Shown: piece by piece, positions 41,910 to 51,926 of the stretch
Numbering within the stretch: the first letter of the stretch is position 1
Layout: each line of letters begins with the position of its first letter
Source of the DNA: Methanothrix sp.
GTDB taxonomy: Archaea; Halobacteriota; Methanosarcinia; Methanotrichales; Methanotrichaceae
DNA length: 64,000 nucleotides
Reading direction: 5' to 3'
Assembly (NCBI GenBank): GCA_963682135.1
Contig: OY821645.1
Location: 1,440,001 to 1,504,000, forward strand
Translations under genes and position numbers: made by a program
Notes under the pieces: generated by a model
The model's database searches: none
What the model saw: the letters and a program-made list of their open reading frames with translations, nothing else
What the model was told of the DNA's origin: nothing

Positions 41910-44900
41910 CTAATTGATCGCTATCGTATCCGCATAGACTACTCTTCGGCCATCATTTCCTGGAGCGTCACTGTCCTTTGGGAAGGCCTCATATTCTTTT
42001 ATCACAAGGCGCATCCGATTCCCTCGAAGCTGAACTTTTGAAACCTCCAGGTTCGCACTCCAGATAAAGTATTCCGGATCATAACCTGGTTCTCCTGGCT
42101 GCGGGCCCAATCGCGGGAAGATGGTTATTTCCTTCTTCTTCCAGCCCAGTGGCTCTTCACCGGCTTGATTGTCCAAATCATTTATTTCCGCAATCAATTC
42201 GATCTCCGTATGCTGAATTGCGCTATTTTCGCCTACTGGCTTATAGCCCTCCAGTTTTACGGTTATGATTGATATTAGGCTATTGCCAGGTTTTGGTTGG
42301 CGAGTGAATGTGAGTATCCTGGTTGGTACGATCTGAATGAACTCGGTCAAGACAACCGACGAGATCTTGGCATCGTCCTTCAATGACGTCGCGGGCGTAG
42401 GAACAGAATGGGACTGATAGCGTGCAAGAGCCAGACGGATGAATGGATAGTAAGCTTTTATCTTCCTCATATCCAGTTGTATATCTGCATACCAGCGGTC
42501 CTGCTCTTTTCCATATTTTACGTCAAATGCTGCTATATCCACTTTTGCGCTGGGAGATTCAATTAAATGGCAATCATAGTCGTATTCAGGAGCACTGGTC
42601 TTGCCATCCTTTTCCGGGACGAGGAAGTCGTTTGCCGTCAGAGAGTAATTGCTGCCACCGGAAGCCCAGACCGGGTCTTTGCCGAATAAAGTGACCAAAT
42701 GCCCTATCTTTAGCAGTTTTCCTGCGCTGTCCTCCATAATCTCTCCAGGCCTCAGCAGGACCACGGCGATCTGTTCGTCGGGACCGGAGGCGAACCAGGG
42801 CCTTTCCAGGTATATTCTGAGCCCACCACCCAGGCGAGTGCGTACAAAGCCATTGAGAATCTCCGATTGAGTCCAGGCGAATGTCGGGATTACATAGGCC
42901 ACCTTAGGAGCTGGCGGTCTGGTGGAGTTGGGAATATCTACTCTAACCGGTTTGCCGGTTATGGTGTGGTTATCGACCTCATATCTTAATTTTTTTTCTT
43001 TTTCTTCCGGTGCGTCTGATGTGTTCGGATTGGGCGGGAAATACTCTCTAAATCGTGTAGTTGCCCTCATGCTATAATAGACCCAGTGGTGGTTGGTGTC
43101 GCCAATCTGGTGGCATGCGGAAAGGTCGTATTTCAGATTAACCGAGCTGATGATTGTCTCATCTACAAACTGATTATGTTGACGCGTCTTAAGCTTGCCT
43201 TCAACATCAACCGGACTGCCATTCAGGGGATCATCCCATGGGTCCTCCCAATTGGCCATCAGTTCTATTTTGCCCGTGCTGGCTACATTCAGATCCATGC
43301 CGCTCTTGATAATGACCGACGTTTCATTTACTTGTTTACGGATGTTAATCAGCATGCTGAATCCAGGTGCTTGCAGCGGTTTGTCTACGGCATGCACTAG
43401 TGTCAATGTGCGGTACGGCGTGAGCATCCAGAGCAGGCCGAGCAGAGCATTCATATCATTGATGAAGGGGTTATCTGTTAGCTCCTTGAGCCACTTCCAG
43501 ACGCCGAGGTAACTCAGAATGGACGGATTGAGCAGACTGCTGCAACGAAGATCGAGGACCTGCGCCTTTTTCAGGAATATGGATAACTCTCGGCAGGATG
43601 CGTCCCATTGGATCATGCCCTGTCCAATTTCTTTGGCTTTCTTAAGGACCAATCTAAAAGGAGAATAATCGGGCCATGTTGGATTGACACCGTTTTTCTC
43701 TGAATATCGCACACGTGCGGTGAATATATCTCCGGTATTTTTCACCATATCAGGCGGCAGTTTGGCGGCAATTTCATTTAGATTTTCTGGCCAGTGCCAT
43801 TCGCCCGGACGGGGTATCTCGGATAGATTCTTGCCATACCAGAATACCGCCCCCAGAACTCCTGGATCGGGCAGGTAGGGCAGTTGTAGCTTCTGCTCTT
43901 CCTGTACATCTTTCAGGACTCCTTTCTCCTTTGAAGCCACTCTAAAAGCCGATTCAAAATCACCGGTCTTCAGCCACTTATCCAGTGCACCGCTTTTTTC
44001 CGCCATGTCGATTGACGTTTTTGGAGGTACTATATGGCGCTCAGAAGGACTATCAACGACCATAGGCGGCAATGAAGCCTCCTTCGCATCATCCTCGAAG
44101 TTGCGGGCAGCATCTGTATTGGTGTAGCTGCGAATGACCATGCGTTCCAGGGATTCTCCTTCAATAAACAAATAGCGCGGGACAATCACAGGTGGGCTTA
44201 AGGGCTCATACCTCTGGAAAATCAGCTCGTCAGAGGCATATCGAGATACCTGGGAGCCGTATTGAAGACCATTGCCAGCCAGGTCCACCGCCCTCGCTCG
44301 CAGGCGATACTTTCTGCCGAAGCGAAGGATTGGCAAGCTCTTCGGCGGGACGCTGTAGTGTGCCTCAAAGGGAAACGTAGGCACAGAGTCATTCTCTTCA
44401 TTGACATGCTTGGCGTTGGCATAATGATCCAGCCTTTCGCTGGCGGACTGCGCGGCAAGTCCCGGGAGCTTGACTACGAGGCTCCAGCCGTTCCACTGCA
44501 TGACCGCTTCATGAAGGCGCTCTTGGTCCGACTTCTTGCAGGTAGAGGTACTGCTTGTGCTTTTTATAAAACCCTCGTCAGTGTCGTTCAAATTCATGGT
44601 GGCGAGCCCGGCATTGGGAAAGATAATATTGCCTGCCCTTCGGCATAGAGAGCGCCACGAGGAGCCCGTGTCCAGTGAATCGAGAATATCGAGCCGGTAG
44701 CCTCTCAAAAGGTCGTCCCAGTAAAACTCGATATCGCACTCGCCTCCTTCACTGCTGGAGCTGGATACGGCGATCTTTTCCAGAGCCGCGTTCAATTCTT
44801 TGTTGCGTCTCAGGCGGTCCATCAGGCCTTCTTTCCGGCCTGCCCGGACCAGTGATATTCCTGCAGAACGAAGGGCTGGCAATCCGATCTCATTGGGTTG

Positions 44901-45911
44901 ATTTACATAATCATGAACAGAATTTTCGTATATGTTGGCGATGGTGCAAGAGAGGTTCTTGAGTTTGATGGCGGCTCCATCCATATCGAATTGCACTAGG
45001 TCGTACTTGGTTCGATAACTGGTCTGAATATCGCTTACATGCTGAAGATCGAGGTATCCTTCAATTATCTCGCTGCCGGATTTGCTCTGCGCCCGGAAAT
45101 CTTTGTCCGTTAAGATATAATTGGTGTAGGGTGTGACATTGCGCGGCTGGGTGTATGTGCCCGGCGTATTCCACTTATTGCCCATGCCTGACCACTTCAG
45201 TCCTATCCTCAGTTTGCCGTTCTTGCTCGTGATCGAATTCATTGGAAGCTCAAAGTCGATGATCAGGCCGAGCTTTCGCAATGCAGCAGGATGGTCGCCC
45301 AGAGCTGAGATCAGTTGATGGAAATCAAATATGGGTGGATCAATAGGTTTGTCCTTTAATTCGCAGTCAAAAAAGTCCTGAACCTCGGGAAATGATGGGA
45401 AATAATCCCCGTCCATTTCCCTCAATATCATTAGAGGATCGTCGTATACGAATTTAAAAGAATCTTCTTTGCGCCTAATGGGGATTAGTGAGATGGGAGA
45501 CGCGTTTGCTGTTAATTTATAAATATCCCTTATTGACCCGATAGCGCTGCGCACCGGATATGTTTTAAACTCCCGACTGCTGTAGTCCTTAAATTGGTAA
45601 GGCTCAACCAGCGTCTCTCTGGGAAATAGACCTTTCCAATATTTGCTGGCATCCTTATCTATAAAGGGCTTGACAATAAAGGATTTGCCGCTGCCCGCGG
45701 GAAAATTGATAGAGAACACGAGGTCCCTCAATACGCCCGGCCAGTCCAGGAAACAGGGAAAATCTTTTAGCGTCGTCTCATTTTTCCAATATAGGCGCGG
45801 AGACACAAAAACAGATAGGTATGCTAGATTGTCCTTTGTCCCATTGGGCAATGCCGACCACATGATCACCGGACCGTTGATTAGCGATTTAATTGGAATT
45901 TTATTTGGCAT
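41910..45911 (-). CDS. Giant hypothetical protein (about 1333 aa), beta-rich, Ig-like motif
   Basis: Uninterrupted 4-kb ORF. ATG 45911 lies one base after the upstream stop. No signal peptide; contains YRLRARAVDLAGN. Confidence 0.9.
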   Translation of the reverse strand: MPNKIPIKSLINGPVIMWSALPNGTKDNLAYLSVFVSPRLYWKNETTLKDFPCFLDWPGVLRDLVFSINFPAGSGKSFIVKPFIDKDASKYWKGLFPRETLVEPYQFKDYSSREFKTYPVRSAIGSIRDIYKLTANASPISLIPIRRKEDSFKFVYDDPLMILREMDGDYFPSFPEVQDFFDCELKDKPIDPPIFDFHQLISALGDHPAALRKLGLIIDFELPMNSITSKNGKLRIGLKWSGMGNKWNTPGTYTQPRNVTPYTNYILTDKDFRAQSKSGSEIIEGYLDLQHVSDIQTSYRTKYDLVQFDMDGAAIKLKNLSCTIANIYENSVHDYVNQPNEIGLPALRSAGISLVRAGRKEGLMDRLRRNKELNAALEKIAVSSSSSEGGECDIEFYWDDLLRGYRLDILDSLDTGSSWRSLCRRAGNIIFPNAGLATMNLNDTDEGFIKSTSSTSTCKKSDQERLHEAVMQWNGWSLVVKLPGLAAQSASERLDHYANAKHVNEENDSVPTFPFEAHYSVPPKSLPILRFGRKYRLRARAVDLAGNGLQYGSQVSRYASDELIFQRYEPLSPPVIVPRYLFIEGESLERMVIRSYTNTDAARNFEDDAKEASLPPMVVDSPSERHIVPPKTSIDMAEKSGALDKWLKTGDFESAFRVASKEKGVLKDVQEEQKLQLPYLPDPGVLGAVFWYGKNLSEIPRPGEWHWPENLNEIAAKLPPDMVKNTGDIFTARVRYSEKNGVNPTWPDYSPFRLVLKKAKEIGQGMIQWDASCRELSIFLKKAQVLDLRCSSLLNPSILSYLGVWKWLKELTDNPFINDMNALLGLLWMLTPYRTLTLVHAVDKPLQAPGFSMLINIRKQVNETSVIIKSGMDLNVASTGKIELMANWEDPWDDPLNGSPVDVEGKLKTRQHNQFVDETIISSVNLKYDLSACHQIGDTNHHWVYYSMRATTRFREYFPPNPNTSDAPEEKEKKLRYEVDNHTITGKPVRVDIPNSTRPPAPKVAYVIPTFAWTQSEILNGFVRTRLGGGLRIYLERPWFASGPDEQIAVVLLRPGEIMEDSAGKLLKIGHLVTLFGKDPVWASGGSNYSLTANDFLVPEKDGKTSAPEYDYDCHLIESPSAKVDIAAFDVKYGKEQDRWYADIQLDMRKIKAYYPFIRLALARYQSHSVPTPATSLKDDAKISSVVLTEFIQIVPTRILTFTRQPKPGNSLISIITVKLEGYKPVGENSAIQHTEIELIAEINDLDNQAGEEPLGWKKKEITIFPRLGPQPGEPGYDPEYFIWSANLEVSKVQLRGNRMRLVIKEYEAFPKDSDAPGNDGRRVVYADTIAIN

Positions 45912-45912
45912 A

Positions 45913-48900
45913 TTACCATCCCACAAAAGCTAAACAGTATTCCTTCCAGGGCTCTACCAGATTTGCATTCTTAATCGGTTTTATAATGATCGAAACCGGC
46001 CTGTATGGCTTCAAAACCAGTCTCGTCAAAGCAATGAAGACCGATTTGTCTGAGGGCTCTCCAGATATCGAATCAAAGAAGAAAGCATATCCTGCTTTTA
46101 TCGGATCAAGGAATAACAGGCGATGCTTCTGATCTTCGAGGATAAGCTGGCCGTTAGGTGCATATATCTGGTAGGGTGCCATCACATCCTCGAAGGTCGG
46201 ATCTCCCGATGAACCGGCAAACTTGCGCTCGCATGAGATCTCCACAGAGGTGCTGAAGAATAGAATATCTACTTCGACGGTTATGCTCGCCCGGCCCACA
46301 GCCTTGCCATTTTCATAACCAAGTGTCATATAAAGTTCGATGGAGGCGCTGATGAGGCCCAGGACATCCACCTCGCCACCCATGCGAAGGTATCCATATA
46401 AATTGGTAGGGGCAGTGCTGAGATATTTGATATATATGCCGCCCATGACATAGATTCCACCGCTAGCGACTCCGAAGTTTACGGAGACTGTAGCCCCGAA
46501 CTCCAAAGAAAGCTCCAGCACCACTAGCTGCTTGGTTGTCATCTCCAGAGCCAGAAATCCTCCCCCTCCAAAGATTCCAACGGAAAGAGTGAAAGGCGAA
46601 TGCCTTTGGGCGAAGTTGAAACGCACAATTGCCGAAATATCGTGGAAAGGCAGTTCGAGTCCAGCAGCAAAGCTGATATTTTGCAGGCTGAAGATGCCGA
46701 TGGCAATGGTTGGAAGGGAAAGGCTGTAGCCGCAAGAAATTCCACTTCCAGTTACTTCCAAATAGGGCGGATCGCTGAAGCCATTTCCCGGAATATATCT
46801 GGAAAGTTCCTGCAAATAATCCAGGGGAGAGGCGAAAACAACATCAACGTCTGCAATGACATCCGGTTTGCGGCCGGTGTTCTTCACAAAACTGAGGCTC
46901 TTGAAGTTCAGGCTTATCAATTTGAAATCCAGTATAAAACTGGAGATCGTTGCTTTCATGGTCGTTTGGGATGAATCCTGACTACCTCTCGGAATCTTGG
47001 CCTCGATCAGCAGGTCCAGATTTGTGTTAAGAGCTGGATTCCTGGGATCATTAGGGTCATTGATGGTTTTGAATATGGAGTCTGTTGATCGCAGCGGTAT
47101 ATTGTTCCAGGAGATGGTATGCACCAGATTATCCCCACTCTGGGTTATCATCTTGGGGAATCCGTCAAGATCGCTTTCGCTTAGCAGACTCTTCAGGTCG
47201 AATTGGCCCAGGAGCCTGGCTGCCATGCCTTCAAATATCGATGGAGAGAACTTGCCGCTATCGAGTGCGCTAAGATCGCCTGCCGCCGGGCCGATCTCCC
47301 GGGACAGTCCCTTTATCTCCATATTCGGGGTAAAGAGTCCGCCCGAGCGAGATGAAGGAAACCACAGAATAATTTCTGATGATTGATAGAGGTCGTTTGC
47401 CCCCTGCCAGTCGACATATATGATCTCGGCATAAACCTGTCCAGGACCGCTTTTATCCTGCAGGTATGGCAGATGATAGCCGATAGTTGTGTTCTCAGTA
47501 TTACCGGTGAAGTGCTCCAGCTCGGGGATGAAGACATCGGCGCTGAGCAGAGCCGGGAAGAAAACAGGCTTTCCCATGTAAGCAAGCAGATCCATCTTGG
47601 GACGGTCATCTATGGGCATGGTAAATGCAGGAGGCATCAGCGCACCAAAGCGAATTTTGTGCGTTTCATAGCTGGTTCCTCCTTTGCCCTCCAGGGGAGT
47701 GGCATAAGTAAGCATCTGCCCAACGAAATCACAGGTGCGGCGCGTTCTCCATCGATTTGCCTTATCACTGCTGGATCCGTCCGCAGAGAGGTTGAACTTA
47801 TCAATATATGGCCCCAAAACGGCGGATCTATTTGTCTCCTGGCCTACGAAGAGCAGTGGCACATCGAACTCGATCTCGTGGCCTCCCAGGTCAATGGCCA
47901 GAATGTGGAAGTTGTAGTCCTGGCCTTCAACCATCGGCCAGAATAGCGATTGCCCATCGTCGCTCAGGTCCGAGTTGGCAGGAAGATCCAGATCAGGTGT
48001 GACCAGGTTTTGTATGCGAATCGATTTGAACGGAAAGAAATTTCGAACTATTATTTTTTCATCGCTTTGATTTGTTGGGTGTTTGACCGTCAGATCGCCG
48101 ACCTTGGTCTGATAATATGGGAAGGGAAGAATATCATTATCAGGGTAATTCTTTTGCGGCTCGCGAATAACGATAAACATGCGCTGGCGCAGGTATGCCG
48201 CTTTTCCGCTGCCGTCCTTTTCCAGCTCTCGCGCCGTGACTTTGACCAAGGCGGCTCGATGGCCGAAGGGAAACAGGAACCCCTCGTAGACTATGCGGCA
48301 GTAATGATCGCGGCCCATAGTGGCGTGATGGCACCATTCGGAAACGGAGAGAGCTTGTCCCCTGCCCATGCGGGACAGCATTCTTACATCCCAGCTTCCT
48401 CGCAGGTCCAGCCAGGCACCAAGGGCGGAGAGCATCAAGCGGTTTGCATCTATAGGTTTAGTGATTGGAGCAAGGTTGGTATTGGAACTCAATTGGACCA
48501 GATTAAACCTGTCTGCAGCATCCAGTGACATGCGGAATGGTTTCTCTTGGTGAGCAGGGCCGCTATTGGCTTCAAAGTTCGATCCGGAAAGATAATCTTT
48601 GTTTATCGCATCTGTGGACCAGCAGGCCCTGATCTTCGCCAGGTTGTCCCGGACAATGCCATTCTCATCTTTGGCAGACAGTCGGGTGTGCCATAGCTCT
48701 GTTCGGTCCGATGGGGAAGCCACGGGAATCGAGGCATGGTCCCAGCAGCTATTCTCGACCGGCGAGATCAGCAGGTGAAAGGGTGCTTCGATAAAGGATA
48801 CATATTGGCTTGTCAGCCATGGATGCTGAACTCCCTGAGGAGGGATGCTCAAATCCATTTCCTGGATGGCTTTCAGCAGGCTTTCCAGGGTAAATACGAT

Positions 48901-49545
48901 TGAATGATCGGGATTTTTCTCCAGGTAACTATTGGCGAGGAATACCAGATAGCTCGGGCCGGAGAGAAGAGCCTTTGCCGGCGTATGAGGTGCTTCTTCG
49001 GTGGGAGAGATATTAAACCACGAATCAGATTCTCCCGTGATTATGCATAGAGGTATGTAGGTTGGATTTGGGTTATTAGGGTCCAGCTTGGACAGTTCCC
49101 ATCTGTTGGAATTAATCTTGGAGACGCGACATTTTTGCGGCAGATAGATGCCCAGCTGGTCCGCCACCATCTTTGGGAAATCGCCCAGATCGACTTCGTT
49201 TTGTCCAGCGCTGTCCAGTACATTCTTGATTCCCCACGCCCAAATCCGGAAATTGAGTTTTCCGGAGGACTTGAAGAATGCCTCTTCGCCGATATGCTGA
49301 GGTGGAAACTTTATCTTGATGGCGCACCTCTTGCCGGGATCGCTGATCACCAGCTTTTGAGGGCTGCTTCCTGTCAAAGCAAAATTTTCAAAATATATAT
49401 CCAAAATCAGCATGTCTTTGGGACGCACGATTGAAAAGGGAATCCCTGGATCGATTACATCAGCTTTAATTGGTGCAAAATTATAATCGGATTGAATATG
49501 ATCCGGTCTATTTATATCTGCAGCAAAGGGCAATTTATCAGACAT
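45913..49545 (-). CDS. Giant hypothetical protein (1210 aa) with Gly-rich amphipathic beta C-terminus
   Basis: Uninterrupted 3.6-kb ORF with a GAGGT RBS; no signal peptide. Confidence 0.9.
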   Translation of the reverse strand: MSDKLPFAADINRPDHIQSDYNFAPIKADVIDPGIPFSIVRPKDMLILDIYFENFALTGSSPQKLVISDPGKRCAIKIKFPPQHIGEEAFFKSSGKLNFRIWAWGIKNVLDSAGQNEVDLGDFPKMVADQLGIYLPQKCRVSKINSNRWELSKLDPNNPNPTYIPLCIITGESDSWFNISPTEEAPHTPAKALLSGPSYLVFLANSYLEKNPDHSIVFTLESLLKAIQEMDLSIPPQGVQHPWLTSQYVSFIEAPFHLLISPVENSCWDHASIPVASPSDRTELWHTRLSAKDENGIVRDNLAKIRACWSTDAINKDYLSGSNFEANSGPAHQEKPFRMSLDAADRFNLVQLSSNTNLAPITKPIDANRLMLSALGAWLDLRGSWDVRMLSRMGRGQALSVSEWCHHATMGRDHYCRIVYEGFLFPFGHRAALVKVTARELEKDGSGKAAYLRQRMFIVIREPQKNYPDNDILPFPYYQTKVGDLTVKHPTNQSDEKIIVRNFFPFKSIRIQNLVTPDLDLPANSDLSDDGQSLFWPMVEGQDYNFHILAIDLGGHEIEFDVPLLFVGQETNRSAVLGPYIDKFNLSADGSSSDKANRWRTRRTCDFVGQMLTYATPLEGKGGTSYETHKIRFGALMPPAFTMPIDDRPKMDLLAYMGKPVFFPALLSADVFIPELEHFTGNTENTTIGYHLPYLQDKSGPGQVYAEIIYVDWQGANDLYQSSEIILWFPSSRSGGLFTPNMEIKGLSREIGPAAGDLSALDSGKFSPSIFEGMAARLLGQFDLKSLLSESDLDGFPKMITQSGDNLVHTISWNNIPLRSTDSIFKTINDPNDPRNPALNTNLDLLIEAKIPRGSQDSSQTTMKATISSFILDFKLISLNFKSLSFVKNTGRKPDVIADVDVVFASPLDYLQELSRYIPGNGFSDPPYLEVTGSGISCGYSLSLPTIAIGIFSLQNISFAAGLELPFHDISAIVRFNFAQRHSPFTLSVGIFGGGGFLALEMTTKQLVVLELSLEFGATVSVNFGVASGGIYVMGGIYIKYLSTAPTNLYGYLRMGGEVDVLGLISASIELYMTLGYENGKAVGRASITVEVDILFFSTSVEISCERKFAGSSGDPTFEDVMAPYQIYAPNGQLILEDQKHRLLFLDPIKAGYAFFFDSISGEPSDKSVFIALTRLVLKPYRPVSIIIKPIKNANLVEPWKEYCLAFVGW

Positions 49546-49633
49546 ATATTACCTCTCTTTCAATTACCTCTCCCCAAGTGGTAGAGAGAAAACTATCAGC
49601 CTGCCGATATATTACTTCAATTCCGTCATTTAC

Positions 49634-49648
49634 TATTTAAAACTTTTG
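49634..49648 (-). promoter_or_regulatory. Candidate BRE/TATA promoter of the giant-protein operon
   Basis: The minus strand reads CAAAAGT-TTTAAATA about 90 nt upstream of ATG 49545. Confidence 0.5.
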
Positions 49649-49823
49649 AATAAATTATCAAAATTATTTTTTAAAAATTTTTTGATTTACCCCGCAAACG
49701 AGCGAAATCTCGACGAATAAGAAAGATTAATAATGTTATTTTAGAATAATTTTGCGGTGACGATTATATCGTGATACTACCATTTTCCCATTCCGACCTC
49801 TCTCCAAAATGATGTTGCGGTTC

Positions 49824-49980
49824 AGCCGACTTGAAGCTGCGGTCACAGATGAAGCGGATCTTGTAGCGCTGCAATTCCAGGTGGTTGCTCCGGGCTACGG
49901 CGAGCACCTCCACGGGAGCGACCATGAGGCTGTTGGTCTCGGGGGCCAGGGAGACGGCGTGGTGTAGTTCGATTTCGATG
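49824..49980 (-). pseudogene. Fragment of a conserved methanogen hypothetical protein
   Basis: EIELHHAVSLAPETNSLMVAPVEVL....NHLELQRYKIRFIC resembles, from memory, the N-terminus of a Methanomicrobia family. No ATG and truncated. Confidence 0.35.
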
Positions 49981-50214
49981 ATAGGATATGGGTGGATATG
50001 GGTGGACCCGGGGGATATGAGGGCGATGCAAGGGGGCGGGGCGAAAGTGAAGGGCGCAATCCGCAAAATGAAGGCATAGTGATGGATACAGGGCCTTAAT
50101 AACAATTTACAGAAAATTAGTTAAGCTGCCATATGTTTTAAAATTAATAATTTTTGTCCAATCAGCCCCAGCTATCAGTCAAATCTATAAACCAAGAGCG
50201 ACCTGTATCCTCTC

Positions 50215-50307
50215 ATGGACATAATGACTATCGCCTTTTACGCCATCCTTTTCATCATCGCTTTCATGATCGCCCGCATCATCATGAAAATCATGCGCGG
50301 CTACTAG
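50215..50307 (+). CDS. 30-aa single-TM small protein
   Basis: MDIMTIAFYAILFIIAFMIARIIMKIMRGY with strong C-ending codon bias. TCTATAAA at 50184-50191 is spaced for a leaderless mRNA. Confidence 0.6.
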   Translation: MDIMTIAFYAILFIIAFMIARIIMKIMRGY

Positions 50308-50376
50308 GCCGGGCCAGCGGACTTTGGCAGACGGGCAAGGCCCGGAAAGGGCTAAGCGACAGACTTAATATTTGCG

Positions 50377-51672
50377 ATGCCTAAACCTGCCGTCATGTTT
50401 CCCCAGGTCTTAGCCACAGTCGGCGGCTCAGGAACTCGTTTATACCCGCTCACCTTAGATCAGCCCAAGCCGCTGGTGGAGCTATGCGACACAGCCATAA
50501 TCGCCAACTTATTCCGGGTTTTGGCCAGCCAGGGCTGCAGAAGGTTCATCCTGGGCAGCAAGGGTGCCAGCAACACCCTCAACCTCAGCAATTACTTCAA
50601 AGCAGGCGAGGGCTTTTTCAAACGGCTGGGGATCACCGACCACCAGGACTTTTCTTACCAGCCTCTCTACGACGACAAGGGAAGCGCCGATTCACTGCGC
50701 TATTGCATGAACTATTTTGATATCAACGACGACCTGTTGGTGGTCTCGGGCGACAACCTGATCGATATAGACCTCGCAAGCTTCGTCGAGTTTCACAGAA
50801 AGCACAAGCCTTTGCTCACGGTGGCCCTGAAAGAGCTGGGACCAGAGGAGAACATCTCCCAGTACGGCGTGGCCCGCTTGGATGATGATATGCGCATCTT
50901 GGGATTCGTAGAAAAGCCGAAAACTGGAAGCGAGCCCAGCCGCATGATCAACACCGCCTTTTACCTCTTCTCGCCCCAGATTCGCGAGGTTCTGGCCGAG
51001 ATGGGAGACAAAGGCCGCGACATCGGCGGCGACCTGATACCCTACTTAACCGAGAACGGCTATCCCGTTTACGGATATCCCATTACAGGCTATTGGATAG
51101 ATATCGGCACTCCGGAGCGGCTGCATCAGGCATCCATGGACTGCCTCTCGGGGGCTGTCCGCCATTTCGACCGCAAATACCACTATAAGCCCAATCAGTG
51201 GATTCATCCCAGCACACTAGCCAAGATCGAGCCAGCTCTCGCCTCGGGCGATATACTGCTTTTGGGCAACGTCTCCATCGGCAGGAACTGCCATATCGAA
51301 AAGGGCGTTACCATCGAGAACTCTCACATCGGTCATACCAGCCTCATTGAACGCAATGTAGAGATCAAAGAGAGCATGATCATGAGCTTCGCTCATATCC
51401 AGCACATGGTCAATATCCGGCGCACCATCGTCGGCAGGCACACTACAATAGAGGAGCATAGCGCTATCGGAGGGGAAAATGGTGCAGGGGAGAGACTCAT
51501 TGCAGTCATCGGCGAGAATGCCATTCTTCCGCCCGAATCGGTGGTACCCGCCGGGGTAAGGGTTGCACCGCTCAAACACAGCCACAGCATTCTGGCCACA
51601 GGCAGATTCGCGGAGCTGGGAATTGATGAAAGAAATATATACTTTGCAGAAAAAAGTTCGATGAAACGCTAG
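50377..51672 (+). CDS. NDP-sugar pyrophosphorylase (GlgC/GDP-Man PPase-like) with hexapeptide tail
   Basis: GGSGTRLYPLT..PKPLV, VSGD, FVEKP, YWIDIGTP, left-handed beta-helix. Alternative start at 50395. Confidence 0.9.
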   Translation: MPKPAVMFPQVLATVGGSGTRLYPLTLDQPKPLVELCDTAIIANLFRVLASQGCRRFILGSKGASNTLNLSNYFKAGEGFFKRLGITDHQDFSYQPLYDDKGSADSLRYCMNYFDINDDLLVVSGDNLIDIDLASFVEFHRKHKPLLTVALKELGPEENISQYGVARLDDDMRILGFVEKPKTGSEPSRMINTAFYLFSPQIREVLAEMGDKGRDIGGDLIPYLTENGYPVYGYPITGYWIDIGTPERLHQASMDCLSGAVRHFDRKYHYKPNQWIHPSTLAKIEPALASGDILLLGNVSIGRNCHIEKGVTIENSHIGHTSLIERNVEIKESMIMSFAHIQHMVNIRRTIVGRHTTIEEHSAIGGENGAGERLIAVIGENAILPPESVVPAGVRVAPLKHSHSILATGRFAELGIDERNIYFAEKSSMKR

Positions 51673-51689
51673 TTCCTAATTTTTGGCAA

Positions 51690-51926
51690 CTAGTAGTAGC
51701 GCTCCCAAGCCCCTTCGACCTTTTTAATTTTATATTTTGCCCCGCTATCCAACAGGTATCGGTTCAGGTCCTGAGCATCCTGGAAAAAGCGCTTATCTCT
51801 CAGGTTATTATAGATGTCTTCTGTGGTAAACCCTTTCAGCTCACCCTTGCCGTAAACGATCCTCTCAATGGCATAATAGATGTCGTCAAACTTCCTCAAG
51901 GGATAAGTCCACTCTGCAAACTGCAT
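51690..51926 (-). CDS. Hypothetical protein
   Basis: 78-aa ORF with GAGGAGG RBS. Confidence 0.7.
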   Translation of the reverse strand: MQFAEWTYPLRKFDDIYYAIERIVYGKGELKGFTTEDIYNNLRDKRFFQDAQDLNRYLLDSGAKYKIKKVEGAWERYY

